Assembly (NCBI GenBank): GCA_010909165.1
Contig: MU008184.1
Location: forward strand, 62,001 to 126,000
Direction of reading: 5' to 3'
From: Anthoceros angustus
Lineage: Eukaryota; Plantae; Anthocerotophyta
DNA length: 64,000 nt
Of this stretch, positions 22,448-34,434 are shown in pieces; within the stretch, counting starts at the first letter, position 1; each line of letters begins with the position of its first letter. The notes below the pieces were generated by a model. The model was not told the origin of the DNA. It was given only the letters and a program-made list of their open reading frames with translations, and made no database searches. A program made the position numbers and the translations under genes.

Positions 22448-23578
22448 ATGTTTCCGCGGACGAGGCCGACGATGCCGAGCGGGAGGAAGGCCCGGAGCGT
22501 GCACATTGTGTGGTTTCTGGCGGTGGCGTACCTGTGCGGGGTGCTGACGGTGCCCCTGGTGACGCTCTCCGGGAGCGTAGTGGGACGCAGGCCCGCCGCG
22601 GGAGCTGAGCAGGTGAAGGTGGCGGATCCGGAGCCCGCGAGCATCGTCGCGGCTAGCATGGATGTGGCAAGGGCAAACCCTATCACCAGGCGGCCTCAGG
22701 CGGAGTCGAAGCCGCTGCAGTTCGATCCTTATTTGGTGCTGGACAGGAAGCATCCCACGGACTTCTACAGATTCAAGTCGGAGTGCCCCGCCGCGGTCAC
22801 CAATGCCGAGGATGTGCACGCCTTCATCCTGAACACGCTCTTCGACGGGGTGAGCCCGTTCGAGAACTTCCCCCCCGAGCACGCCGTGCCGTATCTGCAG
22901 AAGAACAATGTGAAGGGCTGGGGGTCTCGGACTAAGGTGTTCGAGCGGCTGGTGAACGAGGTGCAGCCGGAGGTGGTGATCGAGCTGGGAGCCTTCCTCG
23001 GGGCGTCCGCCATCCACATGGCCAACCTCACCCGGAACCTGGGCCTGCAGAGCATCATTCTGTGCGTGGACGACTTCCGGGGCTGGGCCGGCTTCCGCAA
23101 CATGTACCCGAAGCTCAACTTGGCGCAGGTGAACGGCAACGTCATGTTGCTCTATCAATTCATGCAGAACGTGGTGTCGGAGGGCTTCCACAACACCATC
23201 ATCCCCATCCCCTACGCCACCACCTCGGCGCTGTCCAAGTTCTGCGACTGGGGCCTGAAGGCGGATCTGATCGAGGTGGACGCGGGCCACGACTTCCACT
23301 CCGCCTGGCTCGACATCAACGAGGCCTTCCGAGTGCTCAAGCCCGGCGGAGTCATGTTCGGCCACGACTACTTTAACAAGTACATCGCAGCTACCTGACA
23401 ATCGCCTTCTCTTGTGCTACATGCTTGTTCTCACATTGCTCTCTTCTGCTCTGCTCTGCTGTTTCCTTACAGTTACGACAAGAAGGGTGTGGCCCGGGCA
23501 GTCGATCTGTTTGCCAAGACTTACGGCTTCCGGGTGGAGCCGGATGGCCAGCATTGGATCCTGCGGGACACTCCTTGA
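22448..23578 (+). CDS. Membrane-anchored SAM-dependent methyltransferase (Methyltransf_24-like), 2 exons
   Basis: N-terminal TM segment; VIELGAFLGASA, DLIEVDAGHDF and RVLKPGGVMFGHDY motifs; intron 23380-23472; last exon ...GVARAVDLFA...DGQHWILRDTP*. Confidence 0.9.
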
Positions 23579-23949
23579 CGCCGTTGCAACGTCCGACTCA
23601 ACTTCTTGCATCCTCAACCATTGCAGAATGCAGACCGATTCCAGACAGACTCATAATGTAGTCTAGATAGGCCCCAAGAAATGTAACTCATCGAGATGTT
23701 TCTGGTACAGCGACCGATGAACGCACCCCGGGCGGTAGCTTGGTCCTTTATCCTAAGATTCTACAATGTTTGCCTTGCCCCAACGCAGAGAAACGCATCC
23801 TCCTGAGAATTAAAAATTACTACCGAGGAGGTTCAGAGGAAAAAAGATTAGATGCTAGGTAGAACCTACACGGTGCTGGCGAATTGAGAACCGACGTATG
23901 TACAACTACTCATAAACAATGTCGTTCACATATCGTGACTTCAGATATA

Positions 23950-24125
23950 TACAGTCGGCCCCCCTAATTAGGAACTCTATAAATGGGATTTCTCTCTAAA
24001 TGGGACCTCCCATCCTATTCCCTTTAGTTTACAATGTAATAAATGGGACTTTTTCTTAGATGATAATTGGGACCTTTTGAAACATACATTCATATTAGTT
24101 TCACCTTCCTAAATGGAATTTCTAA
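23950..24125 (+). mobile_element. Possible left terminus of a Tc1/pogo-like element (TA-CAGT start with repeated taaatggga motifs)
   Basis: 'tacagtcggcccccctaattagg' followed by about 5 copies of taa(a/t)tgg(g/a)a. No matching right end found. Confidence 0.3.
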
Positions 24126-24458
24126 TTTTTTTACTAAAAACAATTAAAAAAATAAAAAAGAATCGATTATTTCAAAGCACAATAGACTTTTAGTTGTGAT
24201 TGAAGACTCTTAAACTAAGCTTTTTCCTTTTATGATAGGTAGAGGTTTTTTGATGTTGCTTGGAAAGAGTATGGCATACCAAAGACGGGATGGGGCTGTT
24301 TTTTTCTCGCGAAACGCACGCAAGGCATATGCATCTACAGGAATATACCCTAGATTCCAGTATGGATTGTTTTCTCACAGCACATGGTGTTATGTCCGCT
24401 TTGGCGCCTTAACCAAGAGCGGCCAAGCACCAAAGGGGACACACTCTTTTCCTCCTCG

Positions 24459-25370
24459 AAACCCTAAGTTTGGCTTCAAATTTTTTGTGTCCTTCCAACT
24501 TTGAAAACAAAGAGCCGGGACACTATGTTTTCAAGTTTTCCACACTTCCTTCTGCGATTAAGTTTTCTTCGATGCTATCCCATGCCCGCCAAACCCTAAC
24601 TACCGCTGCATCAACTGGTTGCCAAACCCTACCTCAGCCATGGTCCCGCATAATGACGGTCCGGCCAAGACGGGCCCCGCATTTGCCTCAATTCCCTCCT
24701 TCACCCCGCCTGTGCCTCGCCTCGCCCGGCGGCCTGTCGGCCGCCTAAAAGCTGGGCCAAGGTTCTCGCCCTTCCTAAACCCCGCCTCCACCCTCCTAAG
24801 AGATGAACCCTAAAAACGGGCAGGTGGCTTGCTTAACCCTAAGCACCTGGCGCACCCTAAAATGGAAGAGAGCGCGCGCGAAAAAACACAATGAGTGGGG
24901 TGAAAAAAAATAAATTCCCTTTTTGTGTACCGTGGCCTTGAAGTGGCGCCCACTTTGGCTACCCCATTTCGGTCGGGTTACCAAACCGGACACCAAAACG
25001 ACGTGTGGTGTGAACAAAAGTTTTGCGCGTGAAAAAATGGTGCGTCCACTTTGGGCTACCCCATTTCGGTCGGGTTACCAAACCGGACACCAAAACGACG
25101 TGTGGTGTGAACAAAAGTTTTGCGCGTGAAAAAAAAAGCCCTGTCCCCTCTGTCCTCTTTGGTATGCCATAAGAGAGTGCTAGTTTTCAAACAACTATAT
25201 AGAGAAGTGATAAAAGTTATTTTTAGTGAAAACTATCAATTAAAATTTAAATTTCTTTTTTTGAATATTTTTTGATTTTTAGAGTTTATAATATTTTTAT
25301 TATTTTTAAATAGGGAAAATATAATAAACTCTAATTCCAGTTGGTAACCTAAACTATAAAACCCCTAAAA
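24459..25370 (+). promoter_or_regulatory. Cluster of telo-box-like (AAACCCTA) motifs upstream of RPL36a
   Basis: aaaccctaa-like motifs at about 24459, 24591, 24623, 24807, 24835 and 25358. Telo-boxes are typical of plant translation-machinery promoters. Confidence 0.5.
24949..25137. repeat. Near-perfect tandem duplication, period about 97 bp, 2 copies
   Basis: ccacttt(g)ggctaccccatttcggtcgggttaccaaaccggacaccaaaacgacgtgtggtgtgaacaaaagttttgcgcgtgaaaaaa occurs twice. Confidence 0.93.
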
Positions 25371-25438
25371 CGCGACACTCGGTATTGAAGTTCACAGAAA
25401 GCATCCGGGCAAGACTGAGGAACATACGAGCCAGAACC

Positions 25439-26083
<645 letters not shown>

Positions 26084-26118
26084 GGAAGCCATGATCATAT
26101 TTGGTTTCACACTCGCCA

Positions 26119-26271
26119 GCCTCTGTTTGACAGACTGGAGTTTGTACCTCTAGTGTAGCCATTCACGCCGGCCTCTGTTTGACAGACTGGAGTTTGTACC
26201 TCTAGTGTAGCCATTCACGCCGGCCTCTGTTCGACAGACTGGAGTTTGTACCTCTAGTGTAGCCATTCACG
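26119..26271. repeat. 52-bp tandem repeat, 3 copies; followed by a 21-bp repeat of about 2.5 copies at 26285-26333
   Basis: gcctctgtttgacagactggagtttgtacctctagtgtagccattcacgccg starts at 26119, 26171 and 26223; gtaaaccggaagtgcgaaact repeats follow. Confidence 0.95.
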
Positions 26272-27101
26272 TGAGTGTGAAAGTGTAAACCGGAAGTGCG
26301 AAACTGTAAACCGGAAGTGCGAAACTGTAAACCGCATGTGTTTGGTTGTGGGGATGCTGTTGTGATGCATTGATAATTTAATCTCTGTACGATTCGATTG
26401 AATCCCCCTCGTCTAAACTTCTGTGGACCACCGTTGCAAGTGGAGGTACCTCCAGTTGCAATTGGAGAGTTGTCACGGTTCCAGGCTGTAGATGCAGGAC
26501 GGAACCACAGTAATGGCCAGAGACACACACATCTGGTCAGATATGCTTCAGTTGCAACACGGCACTATGGCCAACTTGGTTGCTTTTGATGCCGCTCTGA
26601 TGAGGGACAGGAAGGTGCACAGAACACCTGGCGAATACACGTAACTGGCATCTCATTTTCGTCAGAAAGTAGTACAGGTGAGATAGTTATAGCTAAGCAA
26701 GTTACAGCTGGAAAGGCAAGCCAGCAGCTGATGCCACAGCCACATGAGATGGAAGGAATCAGGGACTGGAAATCAACCTGCAGCAATTGCAGCAGGTTCT
26801 CAATATACGTGGTAGATACTTCCGCGAGTTTACAGCCGAAATGTGAAAAGGATCAAAACGTGGCATGCACTAGCCACCTAAAGTATTAAGATCTAGAGCT
26901 ATGCAGCTCTCTTGCGAGAGAGGGGGGTACCTAGTGTCTTCGAGACCGTCAGAAACGGTGTGCCCAACCTACATGTCCTGATGACTAAAGAGGCAAGAAT
27001 ACATACTTCCAAGGGCCTAAAATCATGATCAAACCGTTGCCAAGAGCAACGGAAAACCACAAAGGCAAGGCCAGGCAGGGCAAGGAAAAGACTCCCTTCA
27101 C

Positions 27102-28031
27102 TCACTCAGACCTCGCAGCAAACCGCTCCACCTTCTTGTCCGAGAGGTTAATTCCCACCATGGCCTCTCCCAAACCTGCGCTCACTTCAGCCAGGACGAC
27201 GGGGTCGTTGAAGTGCGCCACCGCCTGCACGATAGCCCGGGCTCGTTTGGCAGGGTCCCCGCTCTTGAAGATGCCGGAGCCAACAAAGACGCCATCGCAG
27301 CCGAGCTGCATCATAAGCGCCGCGTCCGCGGGAGTAGCCACCCCGCCTGCAGCAAAGTTCACAACAGGTAGCCTCCCGAGCTGCTTCGTCTGCCGCACCA
27401 GCTCATACGGCGCCTGGATGCTCTTGGAAAACGCAAACACCTCATCGTCCTCCATGCTCTGCAGCATCCTGATGGACCCGAGCACCGACCTCGAGTGCCT
27501 GACAGCCTCGATGATGTTCCCGGTACCCGCCTCGCCCTTGGTACGGATCATGGCGGCGCCCTCGGTGATCCGGCGCAACGCCTCCCCCAAATCGCGGCAG
27601 CCGCACACGAAGGGCACGCGAAAATTGTGCTTGTTGATATGGTTGTGGTCGTCCGCGGGGGTCAGCACCTCGCTCTCGTCCACATAATCCACTCCGAGAG
27701 CCTCCAGGATCTGCGCCTCCACGAAGTGCCCGATCCTGGCCTTGGCCATGACCGGGATGGTGACCGCGGCCTTGATCTCCTTGATCAGCTGCGGGTCGCT
27801 CATCCTGGCCACCCCGCCCTCCGCTCTGATGTCCGCCGGCACCCGCTCCAGGGCCATGACCGCGGCCGCTCCCGCCTCTTCCGCAATTCGTGCCTGCGCC
27901 GCGTCCACCACGTCCATGATCACGCCGCCTCGCAGCATTTGCGCCAGGCCTACCTTCACAGCGTACGACGATTTCTTGCTGTCGGTCATGACGCCATTGC
28001 CGTAGAGCGCCACCACGCCGTTGTTGGCCAT
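27102..28031 (-). CDS. PDX1: Pyridoxal 5'-phosphate synthase subunit PDX1, intronless, 309 aa
   Basis: [63 protein letters not shown]. Confidence 0.99.
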   Translation of the reverse strand: MANNGVVALYGNGVMTDSKKSSYAVKVGLAQMLRGGVIMDVVDAAQARIAEEAGAAAVMALERVPADIRAEGGVARMSDPQLIKEIKAAVTIPVMAKARIGHFVEAQILEALGVDYVDESEVLTPADDHNHINKHNFRVPFVCGCRDLGEALRRITEGAAMIRTKGEAGTGNIIEAVRHSRSVLGSIRMLQSMEDDEVFAFSKSIQAPYELVRQTKQLGRLPVVNFAAGGVATPADAALMMQLGCDGVFVGSGIFKSGDPAKRARAIVQAVAHFNDPVVLAEVSAGLGEAMVGINLSDKKVERFAARSE

Positions 28032-28308
28032 GCCCGCCGAATTTGGCGCACCCGCAGCGGCAGCGGCAGATCACTAGCAGCCCGACCAAGGCAGGGGCGG
28101 GGCGGGGCGGGCAGGGCAAAATTGTTGCGGCAGCTGCCGACACTCGAGCGTGTTGCTGCACAGGGCGGGGCGTGCGTCAGCCACACACACCCAAGCTCAC
28201 GCCGGTGACGCGGATCAAGCAGACGCAGAGAGCTTGAGGCTAAGCCTGAGGGAATATAAGGAGCAGGGGATCGCAGCACACAATGCAAAAATCGGAGTAG
28301 GAGGCCGT

Positions 28309-28316
28309 GACGTGGC
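28309..28316. promoter_or_regulatory. ABRE/G-box-like element (GACGTGGC) upstream of PDX1
   Basis: Consensus ACGTGGC about 280 bp upstream of the PDX1 ATG; motif match only. Confidence 0.3.
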
Positions 28317-30777
28317 CGATGCTATCCCTGCCGGACGTTGCTTGTCCCCCAAGCCTCTCTTATGTACTGCTTGCTTTCTCGTGAACATGTCCCTCTAGGG
28401 CTTTCCAGCGTCCGCCCTGCTCACCGCGGCCTCTCTAGAGCCTGCTACCCTAAACACATTATTACGTAACTCCTTTCTTCCCGATCCTTACATGCAGCCT
28501 GCAGGTAATGCGTCCTTTCATATTCAATTAATTATGTTTCTTTTTTATAATTTAAGTTTCACTAAAAGAAAGATCACAGTAATATATGCTTTCAACATGC
28601 AAGGCATGTTCATTCATAGAGGTACTTTTATGAGAAGGCTTTCCACCATTCTCCCAAAACTATTGTCTAAAATGAAAAGGCTCTACATCATCTAGACATT
28701 AGTATTTGAAGGCTCTACATCATGTATCATTGCTCTCTTTTCAACAAACAAATTATGTTCCCACAGGGTAACATCATAGAAAACCCTTCTGCAGTATATC
28801 GCATATCTTACGTCACAAACCCACTCTAAGGCAATCAAGGTTGTAGGTAGGAATATAATTCCAATTCCTCTAATCATTCCTCTAGTGAAGGGTTGTATGT
28901 ATCACGTCTGAACGGACAGTTCGGTTTTGCAACGAACTTTTTCTTGAAAGGAACCATGCATGTCCACTTTTTCTTGAACGTAGCGAGCACGGACATTGTT
29001 TTTTGCGCTGTACATTTTTTGAAGCTGACCACCCACCAGATTTTTGTCCCTCCATACGCCTGTACATACATATGTATGTCAACATACCAAACGTACAAGA
29101 TCACGAAGTCTTCTCTTTCCCATGTACATATGTACATACAAGGCAAGGATAATCAAATTGCACTGTCACAATATACTATGTACATAAATATGTACATATG
29201 TACTTACATACTACATAATATGGCAAAGCACACAATCCATGTCGATCGGTCCTTCTACATATGTACATATATCAGGGACCCTTTGGATGTGCAAGGACCA
29301 CAAACAGTTACTAGTACTAAAACGTGTTTGTCTTGTAGGGGTTCCTTTGAATGGGGTAAAGAGTATGTAAGAGAATGGTTATTGGTACAAGTTCTTGGTG
29401 TACTAGTCCCTCGCAACGTGTAAGAACTACGAGGAATATGACACTTTCTGCCAAATATGCAAAGTATATAATCTAGCAGAGTACATATGTTAAAAGGACC
29501 AAGAACATGTCACTTTCCTTCTGATATGCAGGGCATTTAATGTGGCAAAGTCAGATCCTCCATTGCCCTTTCCTCCACATGTCAAAGGGCCATACAATCT
29601 AATGGTGTCCGGTCTTGGAGGCTACATAATCTCGTACGAAAGAACTCTGGCGTGGGAGTGCGGCGTCGTTTCGGAGAGTAGTCTCGTGTGGAAGAACTCT
29701 AGCGTGAAGTCACGCACCATAGGGTGGGACAACATGCATAAGATATCCAATTTTGGATAATCGATTTTTGAATCACCCTATATGTAGCTAGTATTGCGGA
29801 TAATATTACATGAACATAAGAGAACCTCATCCCAGCTATATAATATTGTACTAAACATGAGAGAATTGATCCACCCCTACCACTTTAGGTTAGTTGTGGT
29901 TTGTACCCTAGATGCGTTGTGCAAGTGCAGGACGGCCATGATGGCTCACACCAAGGGTGCTGAGTCCGTAGTAATCATGAGAAGGAGAAGGACCAACTGC
30001 TGCTCGAATCCGAGCGTGAAGATGGCAATGGGCGCTGAGCAAAAGGGGAAGAGGGCGCACATTGTGGTTGTTGTTGAACTCGCGCCAGGAAGCACTATGA
30101 ATGAAAGGGAACCTTGCAATTTTCTTGGCTCTGAGAGTGTGAAATATGCTAAATAATGTTTCCCTTGCGATTGCGCCTGTGGGTGTGATCTATGGCATGT
30201 GTGCGCGATTTACAGACTGCCAGCCTCACGCGATCGTGAGGCTTCTCTTCTTCTATCAGCAGCATTGCTGTCCAACAGCATGTCTACTGTCTTCACTTCA
30301 ACAACCACGTGAGCGGGCGCTGGGAGTTGGAGCGTGGGAGTTACGGATCAGCCAAGAGGCGCTGTCTAGCAAATACAGTGGGTCACCAGCACACTTGCAA
30401 GATCTAGAGCACCCACGACGGGTTCCTAGAACGCGTGAGACACGGGGGAGGAGCCACGCAATTAGAGCAGCAGCACCCCAGCATTCAACATTGGAGGCAA
30501 CTTGCAGCTACAGCGGGATAGTCACCTTTGATCTTCAATTTCTTGTGGACAGCATTGTAACTACAACGAGGCATTCATTCTGGTTACATGGTGGGCATTG
30601 TGGCGTGAGATTGCTGGACGTGCCTAGCATTTACAGCCAGGCTGCACATTTGGAGGCTTAGAGTCCTTTCCAACATTCAATTTCTAGTGCCGGCTAGGGA
30701 TCCATCCTAGTTATTTTGTGGATTCTTTGACAACAAATCTATGACACTAGGCCATGACAAGCAGGCATTGCTAGCAC

Positions 30778-31737
30778 ATTGAGCATAGATTGCAGCCAGG
30801 TGTTTTGTTTTTTTCAGATTTAAATTTGTCTCCTTCGGGTTTGCTGTAAACTCACAACCCCTTTTCAGCCTTCAATCTCTTGGATCTGTTGCTGGGCCAA
30901 GATACCTAGCTGCACTCTAGAGGTTGCCCTAATCTGCCACTTATTTTTGCTCCACAGGTCACAGTTCGTCAGCGCTGTGCAGCCTTAGGCAAAGCCATGG
31001 ATCTCACCGCTCTCACTTGGCTAGTAAGTGTTTGCCTTGCCTTTCAGCTATTGTCCCGATCCGGGCATTCACTGGCTTTGGGCGGTCCCAGCACACGTGT
31101 GCTGCTGATGCCGTGCACCTTCCATTTCCTGGATACACCACCTGGTCCTACTGGCTGGATGTAGGGGGGGGGGAGCACGAGGCATGGATGCCCATGCTTG
31201 CTTTTTCAGCATCCAGTCCCGGTGGTGGATGGAGGCCTGATGGCAAGTATAGTCCTGGGAGTCTCGGGACTGGGGACAAGTCATCAGATGTGAAGCCCAA
31301 GCTATGTGCTGAGAATTTCCCTTGGACTATGGGGCCCAAGCTCAACACTGAACAGCAAGCAGCATTGCGCGCCTTGATACTTCGGTATAAGGATTGCTCC
31401 GCCCTCTCCACGAAGGAGCTGAAGCGCTGCAATGTGGCCGTCTTCCACATCAACCTGACTAACAAAGAGCCCATCTACCGGAGGCGCTATCGGCTCAGCA
31501 AGACGGAGTGGGATATGGTAGATGCGCGCTGCCAAGAACTGCTGGATGGCAGGCTGATTCGCCCTTCTCACTCGGACTATGCTGCTACCACGGGCATGCC
31601 ATCTAAGAAGGACATTGAGCATAGATTGCAGTCAGGTGTTTCTTTTTTTTCAGATTTGCCTCCTTCGGATTTGTAGATCTATGAACTCACAGCCCTTTTT
31701 CAGCCTTCAATCTCTTGGATCTGTTGCTGGGACAAGA
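30778..31737. repeat. Diverged direct repeats of about 125 bp (30778-30902 and 31613-31737) flanking the RT fragment
   Basis: attgagcatagattgcag(c/t)caggtgttt...ttttcagccttcaatctcttggatctgttgctggg occurs twice. Confidence 0.9.
31280..31612 (+). mobile_element. Ty3/gypsy pol fragment (linker and N-terminal reverse transcriptase), truncated
   Basis: LNTEQQAALRALILRYKD...FHINLTNKEPIYRRRYRLSKTEWDMVDARCQELLDGRLIRPSHSDYA..MPSKKD is a typical gypsy RT N-terminus. It stops before the CxDYR motif. Confidence 0.85.
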
Positions 31738-31837
31738 AAACTCGGTCTTTGGTGCAGGGTTGGCACAATTGGCAGTCCATGGCGAGAAGGGGAACTTCAG
31801 AATTGCCAATGTGGGGAAAGAGGAAGAGGATACTCAC

Positions 31838-31943
31838 GACAGTCCCGGTATGAGCCATACTCGGGACCGTCCCGGTATGAGCCATACTCGGGACCGTCCC
31901 GGTATGAGCCATACTCGGGACAGTCCCAGTATCAGCCATACTC
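31838..31943. repeat. 27-bp tandem repeat, 4 copies
   Basis: gaccgtcccggtatgagccatactcgg unit; reads SRYEPYSGP in one frame. Confidence 0.95.
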
Positions 31944-32300
31944 TAGGCACCTTGACCTCGCACGACAAAGGTAGCAAACCATAAGCATGCCAAGGGAGTC
32001 ATGTTCCTAGTGGACTTCTCTATTCATTCACTTCCGTGCCACTTTTTTTATATGCACAGGGGCACAGATTCCAAGATACATTGTAAGGGAGCCTATCGAG
32101 CATTCTTTCTAACGTCCTGACATTCCTTATTGCTTGTCCAGTGACTAGAAAAGTACGGATTCCAAGTTACATCCTAAGGGAGCCCAAGATGCATTCTTCC
32201 TAGTGTCTTCACATTCCTTATAACTTGTGTAGTGACTAGAAAGCACATACCCCAAGGCTGTCCCTCATCATCATGCTTAATTAAGACTACACTTCAACAA

Positions 32301-32498
32301 AACTCCACACTTTTCCTAACAATCCATAGTGTGCACTTGCTAACTCCACACTTTTCCTAACAATCCATAGTGTGCACTTGCTAACTCCACACTTTTCCTA
32401 ACAATCCATAGTGTGCACTTGCTAACTCCACACTTTTCCTAACAATACATAGTGTGCACTAGCTAACTCCACACTTTTCCTTACAGTAATAGTGTGCA
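32301..32498. repeat. 41-bp minisatellite, about 5 copies; preceded by a diverged ~90-bp duplication at about 32068-32243
   Basis: aactccacacttttcctaacaatccatagtgtgcacttgct unit. Confidence 0.95.
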
Positions 32499-32553
32499 GC
32501 AACATACATATGCAAATTATATTAAAGGCTTCTATCATAGTGGTCAGCTCTAG

Positions 32554-32624
32554 GGGGCATTGCGAGAACCGAACTCAGGGCCTCTCTGACCCGAAGCGAA
32601 AATCATACCACTAACCAAATGCCC
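32554..32624 (-). pseudogene. tRNA-Pro(CGG) pseudogene
   Basis: Reverse complement GGGCATTTGGTTAGTGGTATGATTTTCGCTTCGGGTCAGAGAGGCCCTGAGTTCGGTTCTCGCAATGCCCC matches plant tRNA-Pro but has a D-arm deletion and a disrupted anticodon stem. Confidence 0.85.
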
Positions 32625-33002
32625 AAGTATTTCTATTTTGGCCCCCTTTAATATCACTCTAATGCTACGATCTTCTCATAGAGAAGCCAATGTGCCGGCC
32701 CGACTCCGTTAGGTGAGGGGAAAGCATCGACAGGCTTTGAGGGTGAGAAAGCTGAACTCTGGTTGCTAGGCTAGGGAGTTTCCTTGTTAGCACTGGCAGT
32801 GCTTATGGTGCTCAACATTGTCACTGACGATAACCTGGACAGCGGGGATAAGAAGCACATGCAAGCATGAAATGTAGCACAAGACGCGTGGCCGCGGAGC
32901 CGTCCCTTTCCTCTTCCGACGCCCCTGCACAGCACGTACAAATGGAGCGGGGGAGGGAACATTCGTCCAGGACATGTACCACTACCACACACGCTCGACA
33001 TC

Positions 33003-33999
33003 ATGGCGAGCAAAGGAAAGGTTGCTATCGTCGCTGTGGCCCTGCTCGGGCTTGTCGCTCTGGCTGCGCTGCCGAGCGTGAGAGCAGAGAATGCAGGGTG
33101 CACCGGCGCGGGAGGCCCGGCCGGCCTCGTCAAGAGCTGGATCCATCACGCCCTCAAGCCCCTGCACCTGTCGCCGTTCTCGGACGCGTGCGAGCCTAAT
33201 CTGCGCGCGCTCTGCATCCCCGCCACCGCGCAGCTGCTGGAGAATCACGAGGGCCGCCACAAATGCGTGTACGAGGATATCGACGGCCACTTCCGCGTCG
33301 GCGTCGGCTACCGCCTCGACAGCGAGCGGGAGTCTCGCAGGAAGGAGCTCGGTGCGCTGCTCGCGGACTACCAGAAGGTCTGGTAATTCAATTCATCCGT
33401 TTTGTTGTGGTTGTGGATCGGGATCTGCATCCGCTGCAATGCTGATTTTGAAGACGCGGAGTTTCGAGATTGAAATGTTCGCTTTCTTTGTCGGCTTGCC
33501 GTGGTTGTTGCAGGTGCTGGAAGGAGAGACCTGTCTGAATGACTTCCAGATCAACGCGCTGCTGGCGCTGGACGGGAAGCGGGTTCTTGATCAGGCTGCG
33601 GACCAGGTGAAGGCCCTGGACGAGTTCTGCTGTGATGTTGCGGCCGTTTTCGGGGACATCGTGCATTCAGCCGGTACATACCTTAACCTTCCATGATGGC
33701 CTTTCACGTGCATGATGCGTCTCCTTCGAGACAAGAGAAATTAGGCTAGGCGGGAGCGTTTCCGATGCGCTGCTCACGATCGGTTGCAAATTGCCGTGGC
33801 AGGGCGGAAGGCGCTCGGCGGCAGCGATTTCCAGAGGTTCATCGAGAAGGCAAGCGCCAAGCGGTGGGAGGATGCCGCCGACGAGCTGCAAGAAACCAGG
33901 TGGTGTGACAAGCACAGGGATCGCTGCCAGGATAACATCGAAATCGTTAGAAAAGGCTGCGGTTCATCCTCCAGCTTCAGTTTCCGGCGTGGCGATTAG
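33003..33999 (+). CDS. Secreted phage/T4-type (GH24-like) lysozyme-fold protein, 3 exons (33003-33377, 33514-33673, 33803-33999), 243 aa
   Basis: Signal peptide MASKGKVAIVAVALLGLVALAALPSVRA. HEGRHKCVYEDIDGHFRVGVGY aligns to T4L [21 protein letters not shown]. C-terminal RWEDAADELQETRWCDKHRDRC..IVRKG aligns to T4L [26 protein letters not shown]. GT-AG introns join in phase (732 nt). Confidence 0.8.
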
Positions 34000-34434
34000 A
34001 TTGTAGATCATACCATGGTCGTTCTAGCTTGTCACTAGTGTGAAAGCATAGTGACAAGTCTGTGCGCACATTGCTATATGTAGGTACCGTGTTTCGATAC
34101 TGTCTAAGAAGCAAGAAATGGAGATAATATGGGTTCAATATTAAATCTGCTTTGTGCTACGCTGTTGTCATCGCACCATGCCCTGCTCGATTTCACAAAA
34201 CGAAATGAACGGAATGGAAGTGCCTGATTGAAAGGCGAGGGTAAAGTAATAAGGTGCCAAGGTGCCTGAGAAGATGCCACTCTCAGTTAGGTCTTTGTTG
34301 CTGTTGCTTAAGCGCACAGGCTCGCTGCATGGTGCGAGGTGATGGCGTTGGGGGCCTGGAGAGGACAAGACGCAAATCGGGGGGGGCTATAGGGCCGCGG
34401 CTTGGATCGGGGGGATTGTTAGCTCTGGAGCGCC

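Noticed and set aside
22271-23401. 376-aa minus-strand ORF
   Set aside because: Antisense shadow of the GC3-rich methyltransferase exon; no recognisable motifs.
26119-26333. CRISPR-like appearance of the tandem arrays here and at 31838, 32301 and 49035
   Set aside because: Units are contiguous with no unique spacers, there are no cas genes, and the context is eukaryotic.
27025-28208. Several ORFs over 200 aa overlapping PDX1
   Set aside because: Alternative-frame or antisense artefacts of high GC coding sequence.
28893-29423. 176-aa ORF in an AT-rich region
   Set aside because: Low-complexity tacata/atgt repeats and no protein-like composition.
30778-31737. Intact small LTR element (TRIM)
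   Set aside because: The repeats lack TG..CA ends, and no PBS, PPT or target-site duplication was seen.
32554-32624. Functional tRNA-Pro (likewise the tRNA-iMet copy at 37787)
   Set aside because: Stems are disrupted and D-arm bases deleted; both are called as pseudogenes.
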